Source: an uncultured Phycisphaerae bacterium (lineage in GTDB: Bacteria > Planctomycetota > Phycisphaerae > SM23-33). From it: a stretch of 64,000 nucleotides of DNA. The stretch lies in NCBI GenBank assembly GCA_963760365.1, contig CAVXDC010000012.1, forward strand, positions 2,475 through 66,474. The letters are read 5' to 3'. Shown here piece by piece: positions 21,723 through 31,442 of this stretch. Positions within the stretch are counted from its first letter, which is position 1; the number at the start of each line of letters is the position of its first letter. A model generated the notes under the pieces. The model saw only the letters and a list, made by a program, of their open reading frames with translations. It was not told the origin of the DNA and ran no database searches. The position numbers and the translations under genes were made by a program.

Positions 21723-21965
21723 GGCGTTCCTTCGGTGCTGCTACGGCCGGAAAGTGTTTATTCTACCTTGCTAAAAGTCCTCCCGCCACAGTCTGTCTTT
21801 TTTGACCTTCGCATTTTGAAGGCGGTTGCCCAGTTCCCTTCGACTCTATCAAAAGGAGCAATCCGCCTTCGGCGGATCGCGTTGGCCTTGCGAAGTCCAA
21901 TGGGATTCCTTTTGGACGAACAGGGCTGGCAGCCTACAATCGCCTTAGTGCCGCGACAGGTCGCC

Positions 21966-22694
21966 ATGAAGAAAGATCGCCTCGTCTCCATCGCGATAGA
22001 AACCTCCTGCCGCACCGGCGGACTGCTGCTGGCCATCGGAGATCGCCGGGAGCAGGAGGTCTGCTTCGACGCCGCCGGCCGGCACACCGTGCAGTTGCTG
22101 ACACACCTGGCAGCGATGGTGAAGCAGACAGGCCTGGGGCCCAAGGACATCGACGAGGTGTACGTCTCCACCGGCCCGGGCAGCTTCACGGGCCTGCGCG
22201 TGGGCATCACCGTGGCGCGGACGCTGGGGCAAGCGATTGCACATCTGAAGTGCGTGGCCGTGCCCACGCCGGCGGCCGTGGCGGAAAACGCCCGCGAGCT
22301 GGACTGGCAGCACCTGGCCGTCGTCCTGGATGCCCGACAAGGCTGCATCCACGCTTCCGTCTTTGACCGCCGAGACGGGACGATCGCCCCCGCCGACCTG
22401 CCGGCGGGGCTGTGGAGGCCACAGGAGTTTCTGGCCGCCGCCCCCCGGCCGCTGCTGCTGACTGGTGAGGGTCTGGATTACCACCCGATGAGCGCGGCGG
22501 GCGTGAGCCTTGCCCCGCCGCAGCTTCGCCTGCCCACGGCCCGGGGGGTCTGGACCGTCGGCTGGCGCCTGGCCCGGGCGGGGCAGTTCACCGAGTACCA
22601 CCACCTGCTGCCCATCTATGTCCGCGCCCCCCATATCACCGGCCCGGCTGCACGAAATGGAGATTGTAACCTTCCAGATAATAAGGGATTATAG
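21966..22694 (+). CDS. tsaB: tRNA N6-threonylcarbamoyladenosine biosynthesis protein TsaB
   Basis: SIAIETSCRTGGLLLAIGD...VSTGPGSFTGLRVGITVARTLG is the TsaB/YeaZ signature. The larger computed ORF starting at 20895 is antisense to the ABC transporter. Confidence 0.85.
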   Translation: MKKDRLVSIAIETSCRTGGLLLAIGDRREQEVCFDAAGRHTVQLLTHLAAMVKQTGLGPKDIDEVYVSTGPGSFTGLRVGITVARTLGQAIAHLKCVAVPTPAAVAENARELDWQHLAVVLDARQGCIHASVFDRRDGTIAPADLPAGLWRPQEFLAAAPRPLLLTGEGLDYHPMSAAGVSLAPPQLRLPTARGVWTVGWRLARAGQFTEYHHLLPIYVRAPHITGPAARNGDCNLPDNKGL

Positions 22695-22799
22695 AAATAT
22701 CTCGCTGAGACTGTTTTCGTCATGAACCTTAGGTGCCTTGGAACGTAATGTGTCCTAGAATACAAAAGTAGGACAGGACAGTCTTAGAAAGGAGTTGAG

Positions 22800-23252
22800 A
22801 TGCGCACGGAGACGGAGTTTTCGGTCTTCCTGATCAATCGACCGGGGGTTCTTGCGGCGGTGACGGGGGCGTTGGCCAAGGCCAGGATCAACATCATCGC
22901 CTTGACGCTTAGCGATGCCGGTGAGCACGGCGTGTTGCGGCTTATCTGCGACGATCCGGTGGCCTCGCGGCAGGTTTTGGGCAAGGCCCACGACCGCTGG
23001 GGCGAGAGCCAGGTGCTGGTGCTGGAGCTGGAGAACCGGCCCGGGGCCTTTGCCGCGGTGGCTCAGAAGCTGGCCGACGAACACGTCAACATCGACTACG
23101 CCTACTGCACAGGCGGGGCGCACGGCGGGCGGACCACGGCCGTGTTCAAGGTCAACGACCTGATCCACGCCTCGCGGGCGTTGCAGGACTACCGGCCTAC
23201 CGACGCCAAGGCCGAGCGCACCGTCAAGACCTCCCCCCAGCGGGCCAGGTGA
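22800..23252 (+). CDS. ACT domain-containing protein (tandem ACT)
   Basis: Two ACT-like units (FSVFLINRPGVLAAVTGALAKARINI and LVLELENRPGAFAAVAQKLADEHVNI). AAAGGAG ribosome-binding site. Confidence 0.7.
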   Translation: MRTETEFSVFLINRPGVLAAVTGALAKARINIIALTLSDAGEHGVLRLICDDPVASRQVLGKAHDRWGESQVLVLELENRPGAFAAVAQKLADEHVNIDYAYCTGGAHGGRTTAVFKVNDLIHASRALQDYRPTDAKAERTVKTSPQRAR

Positions 23253-23303
23253 TGAATCTGAAAACCTGGCGGAATGAACCGAAGGGAACTCCGCCAGGTT
23301 TTT

Positions 23304-24047
23304 CTAAGGGGACTTTTCCACGGAGCGGATGCGGGCGACGAAGGCGGCGTAGTCGGCCGGGGTGTCGATGCCGCTGCCGCGATAATCCACCACCGCCACG
23401 GCGACCGCGTGCCCGTGCTCCAACGCGCGGAGCTGCTCGAGTTTTTCGGCCTGCTCCGCCGGCGTGGGCGATAGCGAAGCAAAGAGTTTCAGAAATCCCA
23501 CGCGATAGGCGTACACGCCCAGGTGCAGCAGATAGCGGACGGAGCCGGTGTTGTCGCGGTCGAAGGGGATGCGGCTGCGGGAGAAGTACAATGCCCGTCC
23601 GCGGCCATCCAGCACGACTTTAACTTTGTTGGGGTCGTCGGCCTGATGGGCCGACAGGGGCGTCGCCAGCGTGGCCATGGGTGCCTCGGAGCCTTCCAGC
23701 AGGTCGACCAGCTTGTCCACGCACGCCGGCTGCATGTCCGGCTCGTCCCCCTGGACGTTGACCACGATGTCGGCCTCAGTCAGGCCCAGCTTGATGGCGG
23801 CTTCGTGGATGCGGTCGGTGCCGCAGGGGTGGTCCGGGCGGGTCATCACGGCCTGGCCGCCGAAGGCCTCCACGGCCGTGGCGATTCGCCGATCGTCGGT
23901 GGCCACGACGATCCGCGTGATCCGCTTAGCCGTACGGATGGATTCCACCACGTGCTGGATGAGGGGTTTGCCCGTCTCGGCGAGCAAAGGCTTACCCGGC
24001 AGGCGGGTAGAGGCGTATCGGGCGGGGATAATGACCACCGCGCTCAT
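23304..24047 (-). CDS. kdsB: 3-deoxy-manno-octulosonate cytidylyltransferase (CMP-Kdo synthetase)
   Basis: MSAVVIIPARYASTRLPGKPL...VNVQGDEPD...RYLLHLGVYAYR are the canonical KdsB motifs. Confidence 0.9.
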   Translation of the reverse strand: MSAVVIIPARYASTRLPGKPLLAETGKPLIQHVVESIRTAKRITRIVVATDDRRIATAVEAFGGQAVMTRPDHPCGTDRIHEAAIKLGLTEADIVVNVQGDEPDMQPACVDKLVDLLEGSEAPMATLATPLSAHQADDPNKVKVVLDGRGRALYFSRSRIPFDRDNTGSVRYLLHLGVYAYRVGFLKLFASLSPTPAEQAEKLEQLRALEHGHAVAVAVVDYRGSGIDTPADYAAFVARIRSVEKSP

Positions 24048-24088
24048 GGCCGATGAGTCTATGCCGAAACGTCCGAAATGCAACAGGA

Positions 24089-24811
24089 CTACCGCCGGCC
24101 CAGGCCGTACTTGAGGATGCACCAAAGGGTCTTGAGGCCGTCGCGCCAGCCGATCTTTTTGCCTTCGGCCCGGCTGCGGGCGCGGTAGCTGACAGGGACT
24201 TCCGTCACTCGCACGCCCAGGTGGGCGATCTTGGCGGTGAACTCCGGCTCAAAGCCGAAGCGATCCTGCTCCAGGCGGATGCCTTGGAGCACCTGCCGGC
24301 GGAACATCTTGTAGCAGGTCTCCATGTCCGTCAGGCCTAGGCCGGTGGTTCGGTTGGATAAAAACGTCAGGAAGCGGTTGGCCAGATAGTTTTGCCACGT
24401 CCCCTTGCGGGAGCCGCCGGCAGCGAAGCGGCTGCCGTAGACCACCTCGGCTGTACCGGCAAGGAGAGGCGCGAGCAGTTTGGGGAAATCGGCGGGGTCG
24501 TATTCCAGGTCGGCGTCCTGGACGACGAGGATGTCACCGTCGGCGGCGGCGAAACCCGTTCGCAGGGCCGCGCCTTTGCCCCGGTTGACGTCATGGAACA
24601 GCACCTTGACCGCCGCTGGGCCCCTGGATTCGGGGCTGCCCTCCAGCGCTTGGGCGTAATCCCGCAGTTGCTCGCGCGTGCCATCGCGCGAGCCGTCATC
24701 CACCAGGACGATCTGCCGGTCGCAGGGTAACGGGACGGCCTGGACGCGGGCGACGACCTGCCGCCATACGTCTCGCTCGTTGCAGACGGGGATCACGATG
24801 GTGAGCATCAT
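24089..24811 (-). CDS. Family 2 glycosyltransferase resembling polyprenol-phosphate sugar transferases (DPM/ArnC type)
   Basis: LTIVIPVCNER...VLVDDGSRDGT...VVQDADLEYDP is a GT2 DXD-type fold. Confidence 0.85.
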   Translation of the reverse strand: MMLTIVIPVCNERDVWRQVVARVQAVPLPCDRQIVLVDDGSRDGTREQLRDYAQALEGSPESRGPAAVKVLFHDVNRGKGAALRTGFAAADGDILVVQDADLEYDPADFPKLLAPLLAGTAEVVYGSRFAAGGSRKGTWQNYLANRFLTFLSNRTTGLGLTDMETCYKMFRRQVLQGIRLEQDRFGFEPEFTAKIAHLGVRVTEVPVSYRARSRAEGKKIGWRDGLKTLWCILKYGLGRR

Positions 24812-24839
24812 GCCCTCACCGGTGGCGGGGATGGGGGCG

Positions 24840-26057
24840 TCAGGGCTTCTCCGCACCCTGGCCCTTGTCTGATTTGGATTCAGTCTCCTTGGAAGGCGGG
24901 GTAACCATGCCCAGCTTGAGGAAGACGCCCCAGATGATCACCAGCATCACCGCGTAAAGAGCCGCCGCGTACCGGCCCCGCAGATGGGTCGCGACCAATA
25001 CCCCCACGACCGCCGCCACAACCGCCAGGATGTAGAACAGCACCACGACTTGCTTAACCGTCATGCCGCGGTCCACGAGCTGGTCGTACAGGTGGCTGCG
25101 GTCACCGGCAAAGATGTTCTTGCCGGCCAGCACCCTCCGCACGACGGCCAAGGCCGTGTCCAGGATCGGCAGGGCATAAATGGCACAGGCTGCGATCAGC
25201 CAGCGAAACGTCCCTTCCTTGGAGAATAAGGCCATCATCGTGGCCACGAAGAACCCCAGGAGCATGCTGCCGGCGTCGCCCATGAAAATGCTGGCCGGTG
25301 GGATGTTGTAGGGCAGGAAGCCCAGCACCGCCCCCGCCATGGCCAGGCACACACCGACCCGCAAGTCGTCGGTGTCGGGAAAGCGGCCGTAGGTGGCCAG
25401 CCACACCGCCAGGGCCAGATACCCCACGGCGATGATGCCCGTCACGCCCCCGCACAGCCCGTCCAGGCCGTCCAGCAGGTTGGTGGCGTTGCAGGTGCAG
25501 ACCACGACGATAAACAGGAGCAGTCCGCGGAGGGGAACCAGGACCCACAGGGGCAGCGATAGCCCCACCAGACTACAGAACACACCCGCCAAACCGGTGC
25601 CCACGCCGCCCACCAGGAGCACCCCGGCTGCGACAGCTTGGCCGTAGATCTTCTGCCGGGGTGTCAGGCTGTAGATGTCGTCCAGCAGTCCCACGATGGT
25701 GATCAGCACGGCAGCCACTGCGAAGGCCAGGGCTTTGAGGAGCGAATTGGAGTGCAACTTCTCGATATCCGCGGCCGCTAGGGCCTGGCCGATCCCGCTC
25801 CAATACTCCTGCAGGTTGGGCATGGAGGCGATGTAGCAGGCCACGCCGACTAGCAACCCCGCGCACATCGCCAGCCCCCCCAGATACGCCACCGGACGGC
25901 GGTGGGGCTTCAACCAGTCATTGGGACGATCGACAAGCTGCTTTTGGTAGGCAATCCACCGGACGATGGGCGTCACGACCAGCGAAACGCCCAACGCCAC
26001 GACACCAATCCACCACTTCCTCTCGAGAACCTGGATAAAAGACTCAGCCGGAAGCAT
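24840..26057 (-). CDS. Undecaprenyl-phosphate HexNAc-1-phosphate transferase (WecA/MraY family, GT4)
   Basis: Ten or more TM segments with NATNLLDGLDGL and DxxD motifs typical of polyprenyl-phosphate N-acetylhexosamine-1-P transferases. Confidence 0.85.
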   Translation of the reverse strand: MLPAESFIQVLERKWWIGVVALGVSLVVTPIVRWIAYQKQLVDRPNDWLKPHRRPVAYLGGLAMCAGLLVGVACYIASMPNLQEYWSGIGQALAAADIEKLHSNSLLKALAFAVAAVLITIVGLLDDIYSLTPRQKIYGQAVAAGVLLVGGVGTGLAGVFCSLVGLSLPLWVLVPLRGLLLFIVVVCTCNATNLLDGLDGLCGGVTGIIAVGYLALAVWLATYGRFPDTDDLRVGVCLAMAGAVLGFLPYNIPPASIFMGDAGSMLLGFFVATMMALFSKEGTFRWLIAACAIYALPILDTALAVVRRVLAGKNIFAGDRSHLYDQLVDRGMTVKQVVVLFYILAVVAAVVGVLVATHLRGRYAAALYAVMLVIIWGVFLKLGMVTPPSKETESKSDKGQGAEKP

Positions 26058-26180
26058 CAATGAACTTGACCTCGGTACACACCACAACGAGCAGACCGCC
26101 CTGGGGCGGGAAGGTCCAGTCTGGACGTCTGATTACTATACCTCGCACGCTTTAAGAGCACAACCGCCCGGCCGCTGCCG

Positions 26181-27287
26181 TCAGCCCGTGCGCCCGGGAC
26201 GGTAGTCTTCAAACAGCCTCCCCCAGGGGCTGTGGGCCAGCCAATCGTTGACCGTCTTGCGGCCGACTAGCGGGTACCACAGATGGTCGTGGTACACGGC
26301 CGAGGCGACGATGAAGGCGTACACGATCGGCGTGTGGAACATGAGGTGCTGAAGCCAGCGCAAGGGTCCGAACCACAGCAGCTTTCCCATGCGGCCGGCG
26401 GCGTTGAGGCCGGTGTGGAAGCCCCAGTTCTCAGCGGCGGCCTCGGCGTCACCGACGATCTCGATCTCCTCTGTCCGCCCGACGCCCAGCCCGCGTTCAT
26501 GCGCCAGGCGGATAAAACCGTGGTCCATCGGGTCAAAGCCCATCATCTTGATGGCCACGGCGTCGACGGCCACGCAGTCGGATGAGGCCAGCAGGACGTT
26601 CTTGGTCAGCGGGGTCATCGTCCGCGGACCGGCCCCGTTGCCGGCGGTCGTGCCGTCGGTGAGGACGAAAAGACCCCGGAAGATCTCCTTCTGGATGGCC
26701 AGCAGGTCCACCAGCGTCTCGTGGATCCGGCTGTGGCAGTAATGCCGCTTGTTGTCCAGCATCGCGCCGAAGGCGTTCTTCATCGAGCCGGAGACGTTGG
26801 TGTAGATGTGGCACTTCATCGTCGGCAGGTGGACGATGTTCTTGCCGTGGAGGTAGTCCGGGATGCGGATACCTTCCGGGAAGATGTCGTGCAGCGCGAG
26901 CATCGGGGCCTGTGGCTGATAGACCTGCCAGGTCATGTCCGACGGGCGGAAGTTATACTTGATCGGTACGCCGTAGTGGTCGCAGACCATCCGATGCTTG
27001 TTGAGCCTCTCGCCCTTCTCGGCGTTGGTCACGACCGTCTCGTTCTCCAGGCACACCAGGTCGCGCAATCCCGCCTCCCGCAAGGCCAGGATCGCCCCCT
27101 CCAGCTGCCAGGGGGTGGTGTTGGCGCCGGGGTACATCAAGTGCCAGGAAAGATTCTTCTTAAGGATCGTGGTGGCCGAAGAATTCATTGCCTGCTTCAG
27201 CCCCCCTAGCTCCATCACGCGCCGCACGTCGGCCAGGACTGTCTCCGGGGCCGTCCTCACTACCGCGACTTTGCTGCGCATCGCCAT
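26181..27287 (-). CDS. DUF362 domain protein
   Basis: LKKNLSWHLMYPGANTTP...DGTTAGNGAGP pattern typical of the DUF362 family. The assignment is from memory of the family and is moderate. Confidence 0.5.
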   Translation of the reverse strand: MAMRSKVAVVRTAPETVLADVRRVMELGGLKQAMNSSATTILKKNLSWHLMYPGANTTPWQLEGAILALREAGLRDLVCLENETVVTNAEKGERLNKHRMVCDHYGVPIKYNFRPSDMTWQVYQPQAPMLALHDIFPEGIRIPDYLHGKNIVHLPTMKCHIYTNVSGSMKNAFGAMLDNKRHYCHSRIHETLVDLLAIQKEIFRGLFVLTDGTTAGNGAGPRTMTPLTKNVLLASSDCVAVDAVAIKMMGFDPMDHGFIRLAHERGLGVGRTEEIEIVGDAEAAAENWGFHTGLNAAGRMGKLLWFGPLRWLQHLMFHTPIVYAFIVASAVYHDHLWYPLVGRKTVNDWLAHSPWGRLFEDYRPGRTG

Positions 27288-27385
27288 AATAAGCCTCCGG
27301 TAATACTCTCATGTGAATTATATCAAATGAAGGAGGAGCAGCAGCGCGCCACTAAAAGCAGTCACTGTGTGGGTGGTCGTCTCGT

Positions 27386-28297
27386 TCAATAGTACCGCCC
27401 TAGCCACTGCTGGATCGCCCGGCCTTGCCAGAGGACGACCACGACCATCAGCCCCCACAAGAACACGGTCAACTGGAAGGGTCGGTCGCGGAGGATCAGA
27501 TGGGTCGGGTCGGCGTGCCGTCCGAAACTGGAGAGCATCTCGAAGCGGCAGATGCCGTAGATGACCAGCGGCAGCGTGTAGAGAAGGTAGTCGGTGCCGA
27601 AGTGCTCCACCGTTCGCGTCGAGGTGGCGTACAGCAGGTACGAGACGATCGCGATGCCCGCCGACAGGGTCGTCAGGTGCGTCAGGAGTTGTGGGATGTA
27701 GAAGGGCAGGGTCAATCGATGCTGGGCGGCCGTCTTGGTGTCGTCGATGGCGGCGACCTCGCTCCGCCGCTTGCAGAAGCCCATGAACAGGCAGATGGTG
27801 AAGGTGCAGATGAATAGCCAGGGGCTGAGTTCCACGTGGATGGCCACCGCCCCGGCGGCCGCCCGCAGCACGAAGCCCAGGGCAATGCACATGACGTCCA
27901 CGATCATTCGGGTCTTGAGGTACCACGTGTAGGCCGCCTGGAGCAGGACATACGAGGCCAGGACGAGCAGCGTGATCGGGCCCAAAATCCACGCCATGGC
28001 CGCACCGGCTGCCAGCAACACCGCCGATTCCACCCAGGCGGTGCGTACGGACACCTGCCCGCTGGCTAGGGGGCGGTCCTTTTTCTGCGGATGCAGGAGG
28101 TCGGCGTGGCGGTCGTGGATATCGTTGGCGACGTAGGCGGCGCTGGAGACCAGGCAAAAGGCTACCGCCGCTATCGCGGCCTGCGCCCAGGCCACCGGGT
28201 CGTTCACGCGCAGCGCAAAGACCACCGGAAACAGCACGATGCTGTTTTTGATCCAGTGTTCGGGCCTGGCCAGGCGAACCAGGGAAGTGATGTTCAT
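27386..28297 (-). CDS. UbiA-family prenyltransferase resembling decaprenyl-phosphate phosphoribosyltransferase (DPPR synthase)
   Basis: NDIHDRHADLLHPQKKDRPLASGQVS matches the first Asp-rich motif with the HPxK..RPxAxGxV extension characteristic of the DPPR synthase subgroup. Eight to nine TM helices. Confidence 0.7.
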   Translation of the reverse strand: MNITSLVRLARPEHWIKNSIVLFPVVFALRVNDPVAWAQAAIAAVAFCLVSSAAYVANDIHDRHADLLHPQKKDRPLASGQVSVRTAWVESAVLLAAGAAMAWILGPITLLVLASYVLLQAAYTWYLKTRMIVDVMCIALGFVLRAAAGAVAIHVELSPWLFICTFTICLFMGFCKRRSEVAAIDDTKTAAQHRLTLPFYIPQLLTHLTTLSAGIAIVSYLLYATSTRTVEHFGTDYLLYTLPLVIYGICRFEMLSSFGRHADPTHLILRDRPFQLTVFLWGLMVVVVLWQGRAIQQWLGRYY

Positions 28298-28344
28298 GGC
28301 ATTTCCTACGCCCAGCGGCTTCGGCGGGTCTTGCACTTTTGGCT

Positions 28345-28365
28345 CTTGGTTCTTGGTTCTTGGTT
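28345..28365. repeat. Tandem heptamer repeat (cttggtt)x3 in the divergent promoter region between the UbiA-like and GT-C genes
   Basis: ggct cttggtt cttggtt cttggtt aaaa. A related block ggttcttggct...tcaagtt tcaagtt ccaagtt taaaaag occurs at 31383-31428 upstream of the pglF operon. Confidence 0.6.
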
Positions 28366-28497
28366 AAAATTCATCGACAGGAACCTAAGTGCGTCTTGAG
28401 GTCAACGCGCCTTGCCCGACCGGACCATCCTGTTTATCAGTCGGGACGGCGGTTTGCCTTTGAAAGGTCCGGCCTGCTCCCGCTAACATCTACGCCG

Positions 28498-30081
28498 ATG
28501 ACGAGCGTTCCATCCCAACCGTCCCAGACTACCGGCAGGCGGACGGTGCTATTGTGGTTGGGCACCTTTCTCGTTTTCTCGCTGCTTTACGTCGCCACCG
28601 CTCAACAAGGCGTGAATTGGCAGGACAGCGGTAGCCGGCAGTGGCGGATCCTGACGGGGACTTATCGCGACCCCCTGGGATTGGCCCTGGTGCACCCGCT
28701 CTACATCGCCGTCGGCCAGGTGTTGGTGGCGGTTCCTCTGGGCAGCGTCACGGCCCGGTTGAACGCCCTCAGCGGCCTGGCCATGGCAGCGGCCTTGGCG
28801 AACTTCGCCTGCCTCGTGGCGGTGCTGGCGGGCCGGCGATGGATCGGCCTTGCGACCGCGGCCATGCTGGCGGTCTGCCACACCGTCTGGTGGCTGGCGA
28901 CCATCACCGAAAGTTACACGCTCAACGCCTTCTTGTTTACGGCGGAGCTGTGGTTGCTGGTGGCGCTGCTCCGCCGGCCGCGAACGGTTGTGCTGGTCGG
29001 TCTGGCGCTGGTCTGCGGGTTGAATTGGTCCGTGCACAACATGGCCCTGCTGGCCTTGCCGGTTTACGCGGTGGCGGCGGTGGTGCTGATGGCCCGGCGC
29101 CGCTTGCCGGTCTGGTCGGCCGTGGCGGCGGTGTTGGCCTTTGTCGCTGGAGCCTTACCGTTCCTCCTCCTGATCGTGCGCCAGGGTCAGGCCAGCGGGG
29201 ACCTGCTGGGGGCGATGCACTCGGCCTTGTTTGGAGCGTTTCGGACCGACGTGCTCAACGTTTCGGTGGGCCGGCCGATGATGGGCGTCAACGCCGCCAT
29301 CGCGGCGTTGAATTTCGTCTCTCCTCTGCCGGTGCTGGCCGTGATCGGCTGGTGGAGCTTGCGCCGCCTGCCGCACCGACCCACGGCCTATGCCTTGGCG
29401 GTCCTGACGCTGATCGAAATCCTTTTCGTCAGCCGCTACCCCGTCCCGGATCAGTTCATGTTCTTGCTGCCCAGCCTGGTGATGATCGCCCTGGCCGCTG
29501 CGTTGGGCGTGGCGACGCTGGTCGACGCTTCCCCCCCATGGCGCAAAGCGGCCATAGCAGCCTGCCTCCTTTCGATCGCCATGCCCCCGGCCCTGTACGC
29601 CGCCGCGCCCCGCTTGGCGGCTTGGTTGGGCGTGCAAATTCACCGGCCCCGCCAGCTTCCCTTCCGCAACGAGCTTCGGTATTGGTCCGTGCCCTGGAAG
29701 CACGACGAGCGGTCCGCCGACCTGTTCGCCCGCCGCGCCCTCACCGAGGTGGATGATGGGGCAGTCGTGCTGGTGGACATCACCGCGATGGACACGCTCC
29801 GAGTGGCCCAGAAGGTGTACGGCCTTGGCCCGAGGGTGGTTCTCACCGGCGAGCAAGGCCCGCTGGGGGACTACCAGCGCGATCCGCAGGCCTTCCGGAT
29901 CGCCCTGGGCACCCGGCCGCTGTACGTCCTCTCACCCATCCGTGGTTATCTCCCCGACAAGCTTCTGGCCGACGCGGACTTCGTCCAGAAACAGGGGCAG
30001 GTGCTCTACCAGGTCGTGTGGAAGCACCCGCTACCGATCCCTGCACCGCCTTCCTCAACACCGACGTCCACGAAGAATTAG
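28498..30081 (+). CDS. GT-C-type polytopic membrane glycosyltransferase (DUF2723/PMT-like)
   Basis: Ten or more TM helices in the N-terminal two-thirds with a periplasmic-loop acidic motif, then a C-terminal soluble domain. The architecture matches lipid-linked-sugar-dependent GT-C enzymes. The start is uncertain: the computed ORF starts at 28339 inside the heptamer repeat. Confidence 0.55.
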   Translation: MTSVPSQPSQTTGRRTVLLWLGTFLVFSLLYVATAQQGVNWQDSGSRQWRILTGTYRDPLGLALVHPLYIAVGQVLVAVPLGSVTARLNALSGLAMAAALANFACLVAVLAGRRWIGLATAAMLAVCHTVWWLATITESYTLNAFLFTAELWLLVALLRRPRTVVLVGLALVCGLNWSVHNMALLALPVYAVAAVVLMARRRLPVWSAVAAVLAFVAGALPFLLLIVRQGQASGDLLGAMHSALFGAFRTDVLNVSVGRPMMGVNAAIAALNFVSPLPVLAVIGWWSLRRLPHRPTAYALAVLTLIEILFVSRYPVPDQFMFLLPSLVMIALAAALGVATLVDASPPWRKAAIAACLLSIAMPPALYAAAPRLAAWLGVQIHRPRQLPFRNELRYWSVPWKHDERSADLFARRALTEVDDGAVVLVDITAMDTLRVAQKVYGLGPRVVLTGEQGPLGDYQRDPQAFRIALGTRPLYVLSPIRGYLPDKLLADADFVQKQGQVLYQVVWKHPLPIPAPPSSTPTSTKN

Positions 30082-30130
30082 GGGTGTTTTGAGCCCCCCC
30101 GGGGCGTAATAATGTAAGAAGAGGAAAGGC

Positions 30131-31249
30131 ATGGGTCGGTGGAGAGCAATGTGGTTGGTGGCCGCTGCAGCCGCCATTGCGGTAGGTCCACCTTTTGCCC
30201 CTGCCCAAGTCCGCGGGCAGGTAAATATCGGCTCCCCTGGAACGCTAAGAGATGTCGGAAGTTCGGGGGTCGTTGCCACGTTCCGCAACACCTCCTATGG
30301 CCTGGGTGCGCTCCAGTCGCCCGTAGGTGCCCCCTCCAGCAACCTTCTCCGCAGCGCGATGGAGTCCCGGGCATCCTATACCATCAGCCGACCCGGCGGG
30401 GATTCTTTTCTAGGTCAACCGTCTGTGTCTCTGACGCCCTTGCCCGGTTCCGGCATGCGCCTTTCCAGACCGATGCTGGCGGGAAGCCCAGGTCTGTATG
30501 CGGGCGGTTCTGGCGAGGATCCTCTGGCCTCGGATTCGCGACTGCTCAAGGCCACGTCCACCTACCTCAACGCCCTGGGCGGGAACCAGGATGTGGGCAT
30601 TGCCACGCGGTTGAGTCCCATCATCTCTCTGGTGACGGGGGGCGACGACCAGTTCAGCACTTATATGGAAGAGGGTGAGAAGGCCTTTCGCGCCGGGGAT
30701 TACGACAACGCGATGGAGCGCTTCAAGATGGCCAACACCGTCAACCCCAAAAACCCCGATTGTCTCCTGAGCCTGGCCCATGCCAGCTTCGCCATCAGCA
30801 GGAATTCCTACTATCGGGCGGCCTACTACCTCACCCGCGCGCTGAAGTTCATGCCGGATATGCCCCTGCTCCCGATCCAACCTCAGGCGTTCTATGCCTC
30901 CCCGGAGCAGTATACCCAGCGGATCGACTGGCTGGACAAGCATCTCCAGAGCAATCCCTTCGACAACGACGCCTTCTTCGTGGCAGCCTATTTCCGCTGG
31001 TTCCAGCAGGACTTCGAGGGCGCCCGCCTGGCCTTGGAGAAGGCCCGCCGCGGCAAGATCAATCCCGACCTCCGGGAGGCCGTCAACACGTTTTGGGACG
31101 GCATGAAGGCCAGCGGCAAGCTCAGCGGGACGGCGGAAGGTTCGGGCGCTTCCGAACCGCCTGCGGGGCCGTCTTCTCAACCCACCCTGACTCCACCTCT
31201 GCTGCCGATGGAAAGTCCCACCACCGCACCGGCGGCATCCGCCCGATGA
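30131..31249 (+). CDS. Secreted TPR-repeat protein
   Basis: Signal peptide (MWLVAAAAAIAVGPPFAPAQV), TPR-like helices (AFRAGDYDNAMERFKMANTVNPKNPDCLLSLAHASFA) and a Pro/Thr-rich tail. Confidence 0.6.
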   Translation: MGRWRAMWLVAAAAAIAVGPPFAPAQVRGQVNIGSPGTLRDVGSSGVVATFRNTSYGLGALQSPVGAPSSNLLRSAMESRASYTISRPGGDSFLGQPSVSLTPLPGSGMRLSRPMLAGSPGLYAGGSGEDPLASDSRLLKATSTYLNALGGNQDVGIATRLSPIISLVTGGDDQFSTYMEEGEKAFRAGDYDNAMERFKMANTVNPKNPDCLLSLAHASFAISRNSYYRAAYYLTRALKFMPDMPLLPIQPQAFYASPEQYTQRIDWLDKHLQSNPFDNDAFFVAAYFRWFQQDFEGARLALEKARRGKINPDLREAVNTFWDGMKASGKLSGTAEGSGASEPPAGPSSQPTLTPPLLPMESPTTAPAASAR

Positions 31250-31304
31250 ATGTTGCAGCCCGTCCCGAACCCACCCCGTCATTGCCACGCATTAAGGATG
31301 CCTG

Positions 31305-31333
31305 TTGAAGGGAAGGTAGGCGTGGCCTATAAT
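31305..31333 (+). promoter_or_regulatory. Near-consensus sigma70-type promoter upstream of the pglF-degT-degT operon
   Basis: TTGAAG, 17-bp spacer, TATAAT (31305-31310 and 31328-31333), about 110 bp upstream of ATG 31443, followed by a lower-GC leader carrying heptamer repeats. Confidence 0.55.
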
Positions 31334-31442
31334 CCTAAATTCGCCTGAATCAGGCATCGACAAGAGACCTAGCGACAAGACCTGGTTCTTGGCTTAAGGC
31401 TTCAAGTTTCAAGTTCCAAGTTTAAAAAGCTAAGACTTAAGA

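Noticed and set aside
20895-21965. The N-terminal two-thirds of the 599-aa plus-strand ORF
   Set aside because: Only the C-terminal 243 aa (from ATG 21966) match TsaB. The upstream part is antisense to the ABC exporter and lies within the divergent promoter region.
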